Below are positions 27,130 to 41,673 of a stretch of 64,000 nt of DNA, in pieces. Source of the stretch: Octopus vulgaris (Eukaryota); the NCBI GenBank assembly GCA_951406725.2, contig OX597828.1, positions 18,848,001-18,912,000 of the forward strand, read 5' to 3'. The notes under the pieces are model-generated. The model saw only the letters and a list, made by a program, of their open reading frames with translations, was not told the DNA's origin and did not search any database. The stretch's first letter is position 1. Every line of letters begins with the position of its first letter. The position numbers were made by a program, and so were the translations under genes.

Positions 27130-27597
27130 CCCACACAAATACTAACACCTCTTTCATGTCTTCTTCCTTTTTCCCCCCTTTTTTTCTCTCACTCTCTGCC
27201 CTCCCTCCCACTCCGCCGTTATCCGTTCCCTACTGTTTTACTATCGCATTCACGGCTTTTCGGTTCCTCACTCTTTCTCATCCCTCTTTCCTTTCATTTC
27301 AACCCTCTCTCACCCTCTTTGCCTTTCTTTTACTCTCGCTCTCACTGTCTTTCTCGCTTTCTTTTTCGTCCCTTTCACTTTTTGTCTTTCTCTCTTTTCG
27401 TCACCCTCTCACTCTGTTCTACGCTTTCTTTTCCTTCCCTCTCTCACTCTCTGTATCTTTCTTTCCCCTTAGCATCACAACAAGCTCCTTCATACCTTCT
27501 CATCCTCTCACAGCCGTCACCTTTTCCAGTCAAGCCTCTCCTCCTACACTTACTCTCTCTACTTCTCTTCCTCCACCTCCCTCAATTTCCATCTCAC

Positions 27598-27632
<35 letters not shown>

Positions 27633-28406
27633 TCCTCAAACACACACTCGTATACTCACCCTCTCTCTCTCTCTCTCTCTGTGTTTTTTTCTTCAATTCC
27701 AACCGAAGCACTAAAACCCAACCATATTCCTCTTTTAATTCCAACACTCCTAAAAAACATTAACGCCCTGTGTCACAAGTTTTTAAACGACGGTCGTTCG
27801 CTCCCTCTTCGTTTCATAAAATAGTCTCCAATACTCATAATAGTTAGTTTTTATTTTCTTTCTCTATTATCTTTCTCCTTCTCATTCATTTTAAATAGAC
27901 ACAATACACACACACGCACATACATATACACATACATACATCCTTATTTATATATACACACACATGCTCTTATATATATAAACATATATATATATATATA
28001 TATAAGCATCTCTTTTAACCTCTCTCTGTCTCTCCTTCGCAAACCCTTTCTCCCACCCTCCCTCCTTCACTAATATTTAAGTCTCATATTATTATTATTA
28101 TCATTATCATTACTATCCTTATTAAAACATCCTCGTCTTCCTCTTTATATATCTTTCTCTCCCTCTCTTTCTCTTTCTCTTCCTCTCAGTCTTGTCCCTC
28201 TCGCACTCAATCTTTCTACCTCACTTTCCGCCCCTCTTTCAGTCTTCCTGCTTCTCTCTTCCACCTCTCTCACTCAATCGCTTCCTCCTCTTTCACTCCC
28301 TCCCCTCTCTCTCTATCTATCTATCTATCTCTCTCTCTTTCTCTTTCTCTCTCTCTACCAATATATGTAACTAACTGCTAGCGATTCTTGTCATTTTTTT
28401 TTTCAG

Positions 28407-29132
28407 CGCTCTGTTTCTTCACGATACACAGAGTTTGGTCAGAAACTATTTCACAAACCAAACAAAAAATTAATTATTATATTCATAACATATATTAAGG
28501 TTATAATTTTTTTTTTTTAAATATTTTTTTTCTCTCCCCTAAACTTACTCGTTAAGCACCAGTCCAGTCTTGCGAAAGAAATCACTGAAAAATCTTTCCA
28601 AATTATGATTCCAGTATCACAAAATTCGGATTTTTTCCTGCTTCTCTTCAATTCTAACTTTTTAACACTGACCGTTCTTCCTGTCTTAATATCGCGGAGT
28701 TTACTACCTCCTCATCTGGATTATTAAACAGAGAAAAAAAAAAAAGAAAGAGAGAAAGAAACATTAAGGGAAAACAACAACAATATCAACATCAACAAAA
28801 AAATATATATAATAAAAAAGACATTTCTGTATACATCCATACATCCATACATTCATCTATACATATATATATATATAAATATACATAAATATACATACAT
28901 ATACATACATATGTAAGAATACAGATCATATGCAATCATATTTGTCTCTATCTCTCTCTATATATACACACACATAGATGTATATAACCTGTGCTTGTGT
29001 GTATAAAAATACACCTGCAAAATATATGGTGTATAAATATATATAATAAATATATATATGCTTGTATTTTCTGTGTAAATTCTGTAATTGTTATAAATTG
29101 GTTAAAATTAAACACACTGGACTTTACGGAAG
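28407..29132 (+). other. Candidate non-coding (5'UTR or lncRNA) exon
   Basis: Branch-point TAACTAAC (28368-28375), poly-T tract and CAG acceptor (28404-28406); donor AAG|GTAAGT at 29132/29133; no long ORF inside. Confidence 0.45.
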
Positions 29133-29225
29133 GTAAGTCTATAATTTTATTCTCTATCCTGTACATACACACACAGACATAATATATACAAATGTATATA
29201 TATATACATATATGTATGCATGTGA

Positions 29226-29270
<45 letters not shown>

Positions 29271-29434
29271 GCTCCTCTCAATGTCTGATTTCATTTGCTG
29301 TTATGTATGTATATTTTAACGTTTAACCACTGGTGAAAGGACCCCCCAATCATGTGTAGTGTATATATAATATTTTGTATATATTAGTAGAACTTGTTCG
29401 CGTGCGCGCGTCTGTGTGTGCGTTATGTGGGGCT

Positions 29435-29545
29435 TATGATTTTGTGTGAGTGTATGTGTGTGTTTCTGTGTGTATGATTTTGGGTGAGTGTATGTGTGTA
29501 TGATTTTGTGTGAGTGTATGTGTGTATGAATTTGTGTGAGTGTAT
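29435..29545. repeat. ~26-bp minisatellite (atgattttgtgtgagtgtatgtgtgt) x4
   Basis: Directly visible. Confidence 0.8.
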
Positions 29546-29874
29546 TGTCATGTTAGTGAAGTATATGTGTGTTGTCATGTGTGTGTGTGTGCTTGTGTCC
29601 GTTAATATTTCTGATAGTAATATGAGCGTATGATGTTAGTGTGTGTATGCCTTTGTGTGTATGTGTGTGTGTGTTTGATATATATGACCGTTATGAGGAT
29701 GATGATGATGACTGCCTGAGTGTGTATACGAAGATGGAAATAAATAATAATGATGATGCTGACGATGGTGATGGTGGTGGCGATATGTATATTTAATGGT
29801 AACGATGATGGAGTGTATGATGGTGTTGGTGATGATGGTGATGTGTGGCTGGTAATAATTGTGGCTTGTTCGAT

Positions 29875-29914
<40 letters not shown>

Positions 29915-30149
29915 GGCGAGAGAGGATGATGGTGACGACGACGACGATGTGTATATACACACACACACACACACACTGATCCTACACAAAAGTCAAAGCA
30001 TATATTTGTATCTGTATGTATAATATACACACACGTATATAAATATACTCATACACAAATATACATACATACATACATACATACATACATGCTTCATACA
30101 TACATACATACATACATACATACATACATAATGGATGTATGAAATTTTG

Positions 30150-30195
<46 letters not shown>

Positions 30196-30577
30196 TTCTT
30201 CGTATGGCCTTGCCTGTTCTCTTGAAATTCATAATTCTGTGAGTCTTTCTTGCTTTCCATTCTTTACTTCCTTTTCCTCCACCTCCACCCCCTCCCCCTC
30301 GTCCTTCTTTGAATTCCATATTTTCCAAATTCTCCTTCTCGCTCTCTTTCTTTCTCTTTCTTTCTCTCTCTCTGTCTCTCTCTCACACACGCACGCACAC
30401 GCATACACACACACACACGGTCTCTTCTCCACTGCTTCATAAATGCAGTGTTCGCCACTTGTTCTTCTTAATGTATTCTTCGACTCTACCGAAAATTGAT
30501 TCTAACCAGAATGATGGAAGAATTTCTCTCAGAGTTTTAGTTTCTTCGTTTTAATGATGCCTGGTAAAATTTTGAAG

Positions 30578-30615
<38 letters not shown>

Positions 30616-31227
30616 AAGAGAGAGAGAGAGAAAGAGAGAGAGAGATCGGTCTGGTTCAATCGTAAAACCAGGTGTGTGCGTGTGACTGTGTGTGTATATG
30701 TGTTAATATCTATGCGATTGTACATATACATAAATACATAGATGCATACTTGTATGTGTGTGTGTGTGTGTTGTGTATACAGATATACATTTATGTATAT
30801 AGACGCATATATATATGTATATATTTGTGTGTGTATGAGCGTGCGTATATATGTATAAATATATGTACATTGACGTGTGTGTGTGTGTGTGTGTTCACAT
30901 TTATAATACACACTCACACACACACACACATATATATTAGTGTATGGATCTCCGTCATTTTCGACGATGACTATTCCAATTGTTCGATCAACTGTACTGC
31001 CCACTCATTGAATTTCTAAGTGTTAGTGGTTGAGTATCTCTCAGATCCTTGTACTCATAACACCCCTAACTTCATACTTAGACAAAATTAGCGTGTCGCA
31101 GTATGTGACAAAATTGGCCCCTTGAATCTACCCGTATATTCCCACCCGATAGCCTTTCGACGATTTCTGGGTGTTCTGGTTACATTCACGTGACTTTGGG
31201 CCTGGGCCCACGCGCTACTGAGGTGAA

Positions 31228-31308
31228 AGTGTTTCCACTCTGTGTAATCGAACCCGGGACCTCACGATTAATGAACGAACTTTTCTTAACCGCTCGGGCG
31301 TAACTACG
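31228..31308 (-). mobile_element. Isolated tRNA-like SINE head (Pol III A and B boxes)
   Basis: Minus strand reads GTAGTTACGCCCGAGCGGTTAAG...GAGGTCCCGGGTTCGATT; no complete cloverleaf. Confidence 0.5.
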
Positions 31309-32134
31309 TTCGATTTTTTTTTTTAATATTTTTGTTTGCTTGTTTCTTTTTATTCTTTTTTTTTTCCTACACATACACGTGCACACACGCAGACATGCAC
31401 ACACGCACGCAGGCACATACTCGAACACACATTTCGCTCACGCACGAGTGTGTGTACGTGTTTGCGTGTGTGTGTATATGTGTGTGTGTATGCTTGTGCG
31501 TGCGAGCGTTTGTGTATGCGTGGTTGCGTATGGATGGATGTATGTATGTATGTGTGTACATTCATCCATTATGAATTTATGTGTATTTTCTATGAATTCA
31601 TGTTTATACACAAGCTATCTATCTATCTATCTATCTATGCATGTATATATATGTACGTGTGTGTGTATGTATGTATATATTTTGTGTGTAGTTCTCTCTT
31701 TCTCACTCTCTCTCACTCTCTGTCTCTGTCTGTCTGTCTCTCTCTCTCTCTCCCTCTCTCTCTCTCTCTCTTTATATATATAAATTAAATACATCCCAGT
31801 AACGTCTGTGTAGATGAATTACGTATACAAAATCCTACACTATCATTTGTCCCCTTTTCTCTGTCCAGCCTGTATATTCACGCAAGCACACACACACATA
31901 CACACACATATGCCTTTGCGTGTGTGTATGTGTTTGTGCGTGTGTGTGCGGATTTGTGTGTGTGTGTGTGCGTGTGTGTCCCTTCGTATGAACTCGTAGC
32001 ATTCAATAGAGAACTAAAAGGTGGAGGGAAAATTAAGAAGGAAAAATAAGGAAAAAAAAAAAGAAAGCGTCTCGTATGTATATTTTTCTGTTTTCTGTAC
32101 ATAACCTTCACTACATCTGTTCTGTAAGTATTGA

Positions 32135-32177
<43 letters not shown>

Positions 32178-32185
32178 GTGTGTGT

Positions 32186-32221
<36 letters not shown>

Positions 32222-32828
32222 GCGAGGGCGTGTGTGCCTTCATGTGTGCGGTCGGTCGCGCACTTGCTCGTAAACTGCCAAAATGATGTACCTCAGTTGT
32301 TGTTGTCGGTGATGCTGGCGATGTAAATATGGATGGATGATGATACATAAGTTCTTCTCGACACAAGCTTCTCTCTCTCTCTTTCGTTTTTCTCTCTTTG
32401 TCACTGTCCTTCTTTTTCTCTCTTACTCTCTCTCTCTCTCTCTCTCTCTGCCCTTCGTTCTTTCTCTCTCTCGTCAATAAAGTAGAAAAGCTTTCAGTTA
32501 TACAGTTCGATCTATCCCTCTGATTGAACTGCCGATCGCTGATACTACACCAGTTTTCTGCATATGTGTGTGTGTGTATTTATATTATTAAACACACACA
32601 CACGCACACGTATGTATGTATGTGTGTGTTTGCATTATATTATTATACACATATATATATATATACATACATATTATATGTGTATGTATGAATATTTCTG
32701 TATATATATTATCTATATGTATGTATGTGCGTGTGTGCTCAAGGTTTTCTTCCACTTTCAAATATACACACGCACACACACACACACACATTAATACATA
32801 TACTCACATATATGTTTCTTTTAATATA

Positions 32829-32863
<35 letters not shown>

Positions 32864-33425
32864 ATATATATGTATGTGCCTGTCTTTATATGTGTTCAGA
32901 GAAATATGCGTGTGTATACATATTATATTGACGGGATGTATCTAAGCGAACACACATACACACTCATGCACTCTTTGCTTTCTCTCTCTCTCTCTCCCTA
33001 TATATATAATATGTGTGTGTGTGTGTGTGTGTGTGTATATCTGTGTGTATGAATGTGTTTGTGTATGCATTTGTGTGTGTGTCTTTATTCTTTTCCAGGT
33101 CTTTTCAGACTCTTGTTTCGTCTCTTGTCTTTCTCTATTTTAATAAAATTTCTCCAGTTTTCTTCCTTTTTTTCCTTCTGTCTTTGAGAAGAAGAATTTT
33201 GCCCCTGCCAGTAATATGGTCGAAACATCGACACGAAATATTTAACACTGAATATAAACATACATCGTAAATTAAAAAAAAAAAAAAATTGGTGTATATA
33301 TTTTCCTAATGGACTGTCTTTTACGGTTAATTGTGTAGCGCTGAAATAGTTAAAAACATCTTTTAATCACCGAAACTGCACACACGCGTTCCGTTGCATT
33401 CTGTGTATAAGTGTGTGCGTGTGTG

Positions 33426-33463
<38 letters not shown>

Positions 33464-33577
33464 TTTGTGTGTGAGAAAGAGAAAGAGAGAGTGTGTGGGT
33501 GTGAGAAAGACAGAAAGAGAGAGGGATAGTTTGTGTGTGTGTGAGAGAGAGAGGGCTTGGGTATGTGTGTGTGAGAG

Positions 33578-33625
<48 letters not shown>

Positions 33626-34155
33626 GGAGCTTGTGTGTCTGTGAGGGTTTGTGTTTGAGTGTGTGTGCGCGTGTATAGACATACAAACTGATTATGATAT
33701 ACTGTATGCATGCGTGATTGCCGAAGTGTGTCTATGAATGTATGTACTATGTACACATCAAGTGTATATATATATATATGTGTATGTATGTATATAGATA
33801 GATAGATAGATACATACATACAATTAAAAGGCATGCTTATTGCACTTTACATACGCATATATGTATATATATGATCCACTGACTATATATATGTATATAT
33901 ATATAGGGAGAATTGTGCGTGTGCGTGTGTGTATGTGCTTGTGTATTTGTGCATGTGCCTGTGAGCCTGTGTCTGTGCGTGTGTGTGTGTGTGTGTGTGT
34001 GTATGTATGAGTGTGCTTGAAGTAGTCGTACACACTTTTACAAGTATACATGTTCTGTTCCTGTTTGCTTAAAAAGAAACACCCTACAACACACACAACA
34101 CACACACATACACACACACACACACACACATACATACAGACACACACTTCTCGCT

Positions 34156-34197
<42 letters not shown>

Positions 34198-34495
34198 GAT
34201 CACCCAGAGATGCATGTTCGTCCATTATGGTATAAGAATCAATAATACTCTTCGCGGTAATGTGTTACAAATGATTTTCTCCTTTCACTCGTTTTTATTA
34301 TCAAATGTTCGTTAAATTTCTTGTTTTTCTGTTTTTGTTCTTCTTGTTTTTTTTCTTTGTTTTTTTTTTTTGTTTTTTTTTTACTTCTGGTCTCTTCATT
34401 GAATGAAAATGCAATCAGCTCTCTTCCACTGAATAAAATAGAATGTATTGTGATTTTAAATAATAATAATAATAATAAAAGTAGTAGTAGTAGTA

Positions 34496-34533
<38 letters not shown>

Positions 34534-34900
34534 CGCCACCGCCGCCGAAAATGTATATAGATATACGTATATGTATGTACACACACATATATATACGCAT
34601 ACACATATTTACATACCTGCACACACACACACACACACACACATGCACACAAATATATAAACACAGGTACACTCACTCATTCATATACGAACGCACAATA
34701 TACACACATATACATACACATGCATACACTCACACAAACAGACACAGACACACACACAAACATTATGAACATATACTACTCGTAGCTGCACACGAACACA
34801 TACATACATATATACACGTAGCTATACACGCAAACATATACGTGCATACGTACATTCGTACATACATGTGTGTGTGTGTGTGTGTATGTATGTATGCATG

Positions 34901-34962
<62 letters not shown>

Positions 34963-35092
34963 TTAATAAGGGTGAGAGAATTAGATATGTATATATATAT
35001 ATACATATATATATATGTATATATATATATTTATATATATATGTGTATGTGTGTGTGTATAATATATATATATGTGTATGTATGTATGTATG

Positions 35093-35125
<33 letters not shown>

Positions 35126-35161
35126 GTGTATATATATATATATATATGTGTATATATATAT

Positions 35162-35232
<71 letters not shown>

Positions 35233-35262
35233 ATATATATGTATATATATATATATATATAT

Positions 35263-35729
35263 GGTGAATTTTCGTTTGGGATCCCCCGAAGTAACTTCTC
35301 TTAGAATATGGTTTCGTCTGCGTATCAATCGCGTCTTGTTCTCTTCGTCGCCACCACCACCACTACCATCAACAACAACAACAACAACGACAACCACAAC
35401 CACCACCATCACCACAACAACAACAACAACAGCAGGCAAAGGCGAACTTGCAGCAGCATATTCGGAAAAGCACTTACTGAATGTCTTGGATGAATTCTGT
35501 CTTCTTCTTCTTCTTTGCTACATGACGCTAAAACTTGATTTATACATACATACATGTAGCTGGTGCCATGGATAAAGAAGAGTCGCCCCTCTCAGAGACC
35601 AGCAGTTTTCTCGTTAGCGATGGGTTGCTTTTATTAAATTCCACATGAATTTAGTACGACCTCTTCCTTGAATCAGATGATAGGACCACTTATTAGACTT
35701 ACATCCAAAGCAGTCGTTTAAAACGCCTG
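35263..35729 (+). other. Candidate 3' part of a non-coding/5'UTR exon with short uORFs (5' boundary unknown; possible acceptor at 33098)
   Basis: Donor CTG|GTAAGA at 35729/35730; GCCATGG start at 35568 of a 26-aa ORF; tcttttccag acceptor at 33097-33098. Confidence 0.3.
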
Positions 35730-36321
35730 GTAAGAGATATGTATATATATATGTGTGTGTATGTGTGTTGTGTGTATATGTATATGTATTTGTGTATGTG
35801 TATGTATATATCTATATATACATATATTTATGGATATGTATATATGTAATATATAGATTTTATTATTTTAATTTTAAAGCACGAAGACGTATTTTAATTT
35901 TTCGAAATAAGAGAGAGAAAAAAAAGCGAAACATACGTGAAGGTGCTTGGTGTGTGTGTGTGTGTGTGTAGATGCCACGGTAGTCTTGTTCTTGTTAATT
36001 AATTTTTTTTTTTTATAAATTACTTGTTTAATTAATTGTCATGAATTGTTCAAGTTTTTATTGTTGTTATTTTCATAAATCAACGCTATGTATGTATGTA
36101 TGTATGCATGCATGAATGTGTATGTGTGTGTTTGCGTGTGTGTTTATTTTTACATTCTGTTCGACGAGTATAGATTCTTAGAATCTTTGATTCCTTATGA
36201 ATTCTTTACATCGCTGTTGTATTTTGTTTTTAATTTCGCTTATGAGCCTATGAGAATACCGAGGGAAAGAGATAGACAGAGTGACAGACAGTTAGATAAT
36301 TAAATAGATAGATAGATAGAC

Positions 36322-36393
<72 letters not shown>

Positions 36394-38089
36394 TCAAAGA
36401 GACAGAGACACATAGAAGAGAGATACCATTATGTAGTTGAGATCGGCATAAAATATACGTGAATATTGCAAATGATTTTTAGGATGCCATCAACTACTTC
36501 CCATCTGTGTACCCAGAAAATTAGTATATAATAATATTGATGATTCTGTCACAAACATACAAGAATTTCTGGTTTTTCAGTCTTCTTATCCTTGGCTAAG
36601 CTCGACGAAAGAGTAACGTTTTTGGATTCGTGTTAAATTAAGAATCGAAGATGATATATTGTTTTTGGGGTTGTTATTATTATTATTCTTTCTTCATCCC
36701 TATCGACCTACGAAGACAAGAATTTGGCGATTCGGCCAAATGTACGAGCCATAAGGTCCCGAGGTTACTGTCATTTTCTTTGGGTTGTTACGAAATGTAT
36801 TTCTCTTTGTTGCGGTTATTTATTAATTAGGGGTTTACAATTAGGGTTAATGGTTAAAATAAACACAGACACACGTACACAAATACATTAGACATATTAA
36901 CATTATTAGCTAACACCGTAGAAAAAGAGTTAAGTTCCCGAGCAAACTCCGTTCACGACGCAGTTTCGACTCGCGGTTGAAATCATTCATTTCCATAACA
37001 AATTCTGGGACCTCTGGTTTTCTTTTCTGTTTTTTTTTTTTTTTTCTTTTAAAGTGCTACACGAACGTCACAAGATTAGCTTTTTTTTGTCCCACTCATC
37101 CTCCGCCTCCTTTTAGAATAAGAAGAAAAAAAATCCGATATTATTAATAAATATTTTATATTTATTTATTTATTTCAACAATATTGTTTCATAGAACTTG
37201 TTTAAGGAAAGAAAATAAGAGGCAGAAAATTCGTTCTATCGATCGAAAGACAGGCTCAACAATGAACCCATTAAAAATTAATTATATCCATGTTTAATTA
37301 TTCCAAACTCGTCCTGATTTTCCTTGTTTTGTTTTGTTCTCCTTTTCTTTCTCTTTTTAACCAATTCTGCTTTACTTTATTATTATTGTTGTTATTATTA
37401 TTTTCCAAAGTCATACACATTAACTCTCTTTACACTCGCAGTATACGGTCTTTTCTTAACATTTCCCTTCCACCGTCCTCTCATTCCATCTACTTGCCGC
37501 CGTTCTTCAGAAATTTATTACTCCATAAATAAAGTTGGTTTGTATTTCTGCCTAAATGGCAACTTTTAAAACAGTTTATATCGTCATTGAACCACTCAAC
37601 TAAAAGACAAAAAGCCATAACGGAATAAGAGATTATAAAATAAAGGGGGAGAAAAAAACCCACTGACTACTCGTAAAGGGTTAAATTATGTGACTAACTA
37701 CCCTGCTTTAAAAAAAAAAAAAAAAAATATCGTAAAACAAAGGCAAAGCCCTTGTATTAAGGGCCTATATAAATTAGGTGTTCATACATTTTTTCGAGAT
37801 TTAAGAAGGCCAATAAAGGATATTCATGCGAAAACCAAAGAAATATTTATCAGTATTTGTCTTATCAAAGCTTTAATAAACAATTTCAATGGGGTGGGGG
37901 GTATTTCTTTTCTGTTCAAGAATATTAATCTCTCACTACTTCGACCGTCATTCGAAACCCGAACAAACCGTACGACTACTTGTTGAGCCATGGCTTTTTA
38001 AACAACAATATCTTTACATTATTGCCTTCCTCTTTTTGATATATATATATATATATATTATTTTTTCCCCTTTTAGTTAATAGTACGAC

Positions 38090-38149
<60 letters not shown>

Positions 38150-38538
38150 CATTATTTCATTTTTAAAATTCAATTCACAAAGATATGTTATAATACACGT
38201 TAATTTTTTTTCTTTATTAAATTGCATTAACGAATTGAAACGAACACACACACACATATACATAAACACACACACAAAACACACACACGCACAAATATAT
38301 ACGCAATTTTTATAAAAGAATGTATGTTTATAGGCGTATGAATATATATATATATAAGCATACGTGTGTATATGTTTATAATATACATACGTACATACAT
38401 ACATACATGTGTGTGTATTTTGTAATGAGCATATTATGTGTATGTGTATGTGTGTGTATATGTAAATATAGATAAATACATATATATGTATGTGTATATA
38501 TGTATATATATATATAACGGTATATATATATATGTATG

Positions 38539-38575
<37 letters not shown>

Positions 38576-38869
38576 GCATACACACAGACATATATATATA
38601 TATATATATAATTTCACAATAATTATTTTGTTAAGTACACTCACATTTTTTAATATTTAGAATTCAATATAAATTGCTGTTTTCTATTTGTGGGAGGGAT
38701 ATTTTGATGCTTATTATGAAATATTCTTCTCTTTTTTTTCTTTTCTGCTTTTTTTTTATTCCATTTTTTATTCCATTTGTCAAGAATGTAAAAACGTTAT
38801 TCATTTATTTATTTTTGTATTTCCAATAAACAGAATATGCTGACTGCATAAATTTCTAATTCACATAAA

Positions 38870-39167
38870 GGGTGAATGTATGTATGTATGTATGTATGTA
38901 TGTATGTATGTATGTATGTATGTATGTACGTGTGTATGTATGTACGTATGTATGAATATGTCTGTGTGTATGTATGTGGCTATGTGTGTATGTGGGTATA
39001 CGAGCTTGTATGTGTGTTTGTCGTTTGTGGATACGTCTGTCTATGTGTATGTATAGTATATGTGTGCATGCGTATATGTATATGGGTACGTGGATGTATG
39101 TGCGTGTATACGTGTATGTGTATGTGGGTATGTGTATGTATGCATGCATGTATTTATGTGGGTATGT

Positions 39168-39221
<54 letters not shown>

Positions 39222-39503
39222 GTATGTGTATGTATCTGTGTATGTATAAGCATATGTATATGAATGTGTGTATGTATTTGTATGTACGTATGTATGTATG
39301 CATATATCTATGTGTATGTTTGTATGTATGTATGTATGTATGGTTATATGTGTCTATGTCTTTGAATATATATGTGTATACATATATGTATGTATGTGTA
39401 AATGTGTACATAGTGTGTCTGTATGCATGTATGTATATTTATGTGTATATATATGTATGCGTGTACGTATCCGTTTGGATGTATGCATATGCACCTATGT
39501 ATA

Positions 39504-39548
<45 letters not shown>

Positions 39549-39580
39549 GTAGGATCATGTACATGTGTATGTGTGTGACA
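38870..39580. repeat. Degenerate (TATG)n/(TA)n microsatellite field
   Basis: Directly visible. Confidence 0.92.
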
Positions 39581-39660
39581 AAATTGTTTATTTTTATAGA
39601 AAATAAATCATTTAAAAATTTTGTAATTAACAAAATTATACCCAATCAGTATACTTGAAA

Positions 39661-39694
<34 letters not shown>

Positions 39695-39849
39695 TTGCTG
39701 ATCTAAAAAGTATAAATAAAAGGAAAAGAAAATTTAATGGTTAAAATCAAATGAAAATAAAAAAAATAATTTTTATAGAAAAATTTCTTTTTTAATGTTA
39801 GTCGAGAAATAAACACAGTTATATATTAATAAAGGAAAAAGCGAACGAT

Positions 39850-40980
39850 GACGTCCCTGCGTGGTCACTGTGATTGCTAGAAACCACAGCCGAATCTCAC
39901 TGCAATTGCATACTGCTCTTACGAATCGGAAAGGGTTGCATTGAATGGATAATGTAAGGGAAAAGACAAGTTCGTCACGTTTGGAATGTCTTTGATCTGA
40001 GATTTGTTCATTTACAGCCGGACTGCGGTTAAACACAAAACGAGGGAACCTCAACGTTTGTCACTCGGCCTACAAGAAACAGCAACTAAATCAACTTCGA
40101 ATCTGACAGTATCGTCTCAAATGTTGTCCCGAGTTCTTTGTATTCAATAAGATGAGTTGGTCACAGCTGGACAACTCTGATCATGGGTCTGCTAAGTCAG
40201 GGCTGACCTGGTGTTAAACAACAACTATTCAAGCCATCGCGTGGACCTCTACATGGTTGCCTTGCTTGCTAGAACTAGCAGCCAAATATATTTCCAATCA
40301 CACCCACCGCCTTTGAAAATTGAAGAGCCGTATGTGTTAGAGAATGCAAGTCTCAAATATACAAGAAAGAAGGGATGGTCTCGGTTGGAATACCGTTGCT
40401 CATAGGTTTACTCAACGCTGACTTGGGACTAAACAGCCGCTAAGTAGTTGTTCGACTTTGCTAGAAACAGCAACCAAGATCTCCCTCAAATTACTCCCTA
40501 CCGCTGGTGTGCGGTCCCTACGTATAGGAAAGGAACGGGTGAGGTTGTCACAAGTGGATTGCCTTTGATCATAGGCCTACTCAGTCAAAGCTGATCTGGG
40601 ATTAACCAGCCGCTGAGTGGTCGCTTGACATTGCTAGAAATAGCAACCCAATCTCATCCAAATGGCACTGCGTCGTTCGATAATGTAGTCTTGGATTCCC
40701 TGCACATAAGAAGGAAAAAGCACGATGGTCACAGCTGGAACGCCTCTGTTCATAGGTCCACTTAATCAAGATTGACCAGAGATTAAACAGCTGCTAAGTG
40801 GTCATTCGACTTTGCTAGAAATAGCAACCAAATCTCCCTCAAATAACACTGCACCTTTGGATAACGTGGTCTTGAATTTCCTGCACATAGGAAGGGAAAA
40901 GGTGAGATTGTCACAGCTGGAACGCCTTTGATCATTGGTCTCCTCGGTAACCGCTGACCTAGGATTAAACAACAAACTAT
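39850..40980 (+). repeat. Six diverged tandem copies of a ~170-200-bp dispersed repeat (family D)
   Basis: The gctagaaa.agca.ccaaatc anchor at ~39876, 40072, 40267, 40460, 40633 and 40813, each followed by ...gtcacagctggaa.gcctttgatcatagg...gctgacct.gg..taaac. Confidence 0.8.
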
Positions 40981-41149
40981 AGATTATTATCAATTATCAA
41001 GTGATAGACAGACGTATAGTCAGACTCATATACCCCATTCTAAAGAATTTCGTTGGTATTTACCCGTTTTGTACCCTTAACAGAAGTGCAACTGCTAAAG
41101 ATAGTCAAAATTTGTTGTTACTGTTGTTATTGCTGTTGTAATTTGACCT

Positions 41150-41627
41150 AGCCCAGGTCCTTATGAAGTAGATTTATGTATGATCAGAGCAATTCATTCC
41201 AGCGGTGACCATCCTGCTGGAATGATAGAAACGGTAGAACGTCGGACGAAACGCTTTGTGGCATTTCTTTCAACTGTTTGGATTCTGAGCTCAAATCCCG
41301 ATCAGGTCGACTACTCCTTGCATCCTTTCAGGGTCGATAAAATAAAGTACCAGTCTAGTACCGGGATCGATGTAATCGATTACCCCCGCCCCCCTCCGCG
41401 CCTCTCCATTAAAACTGCAGGTTTTGTTTCTTCGGACAAAATGCTTAGCGGTATTTCTTCCGGCTCTTTACGTTCTGGAGTTCAAATCGCGCCGAAATCA
41501 ATTTCGCCTTTCATCAATTCGGGCTCGATGAAATAAGTAACAGTTTAGCACTGGTGTCAATGTAATCGACTTACCCCCTCCCCCAAAGTTGCTGGCCTTG
41601 TGCCAAAATTTGAAACGATTATTATTA

Positions 41628-41673
<46 letters not shown>

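Noticed and set aside
27006-27824. 272-aa F/L/S-rich ORF resembling a membrane protein
   Set aside because: It derives from a polypyrimidine (CT-rich) tract with a non-ATG start, a compositional artefact.
31228-31308. Possible tRNA gene
   Set aside because: A and B boxes are present but acceptor and anticodon stems do not form; better explained as a SINE head.
35340-35480. Poly-Q/H/P frame resembling a transcription-factor N-terminus
   Set aside because: That frame has no ATG after an upstream stop and ends at a TGA before any donor; it is a trinucleotide microsatellite.
35568-35729. Idea that A-to-I editing of stop codons extends the MDKEES ORF to the splice donor
   Set aside because: Three in-frame stops (TGA, TAG, TAG) would all need recoding, and nothing in the sequence supports that.
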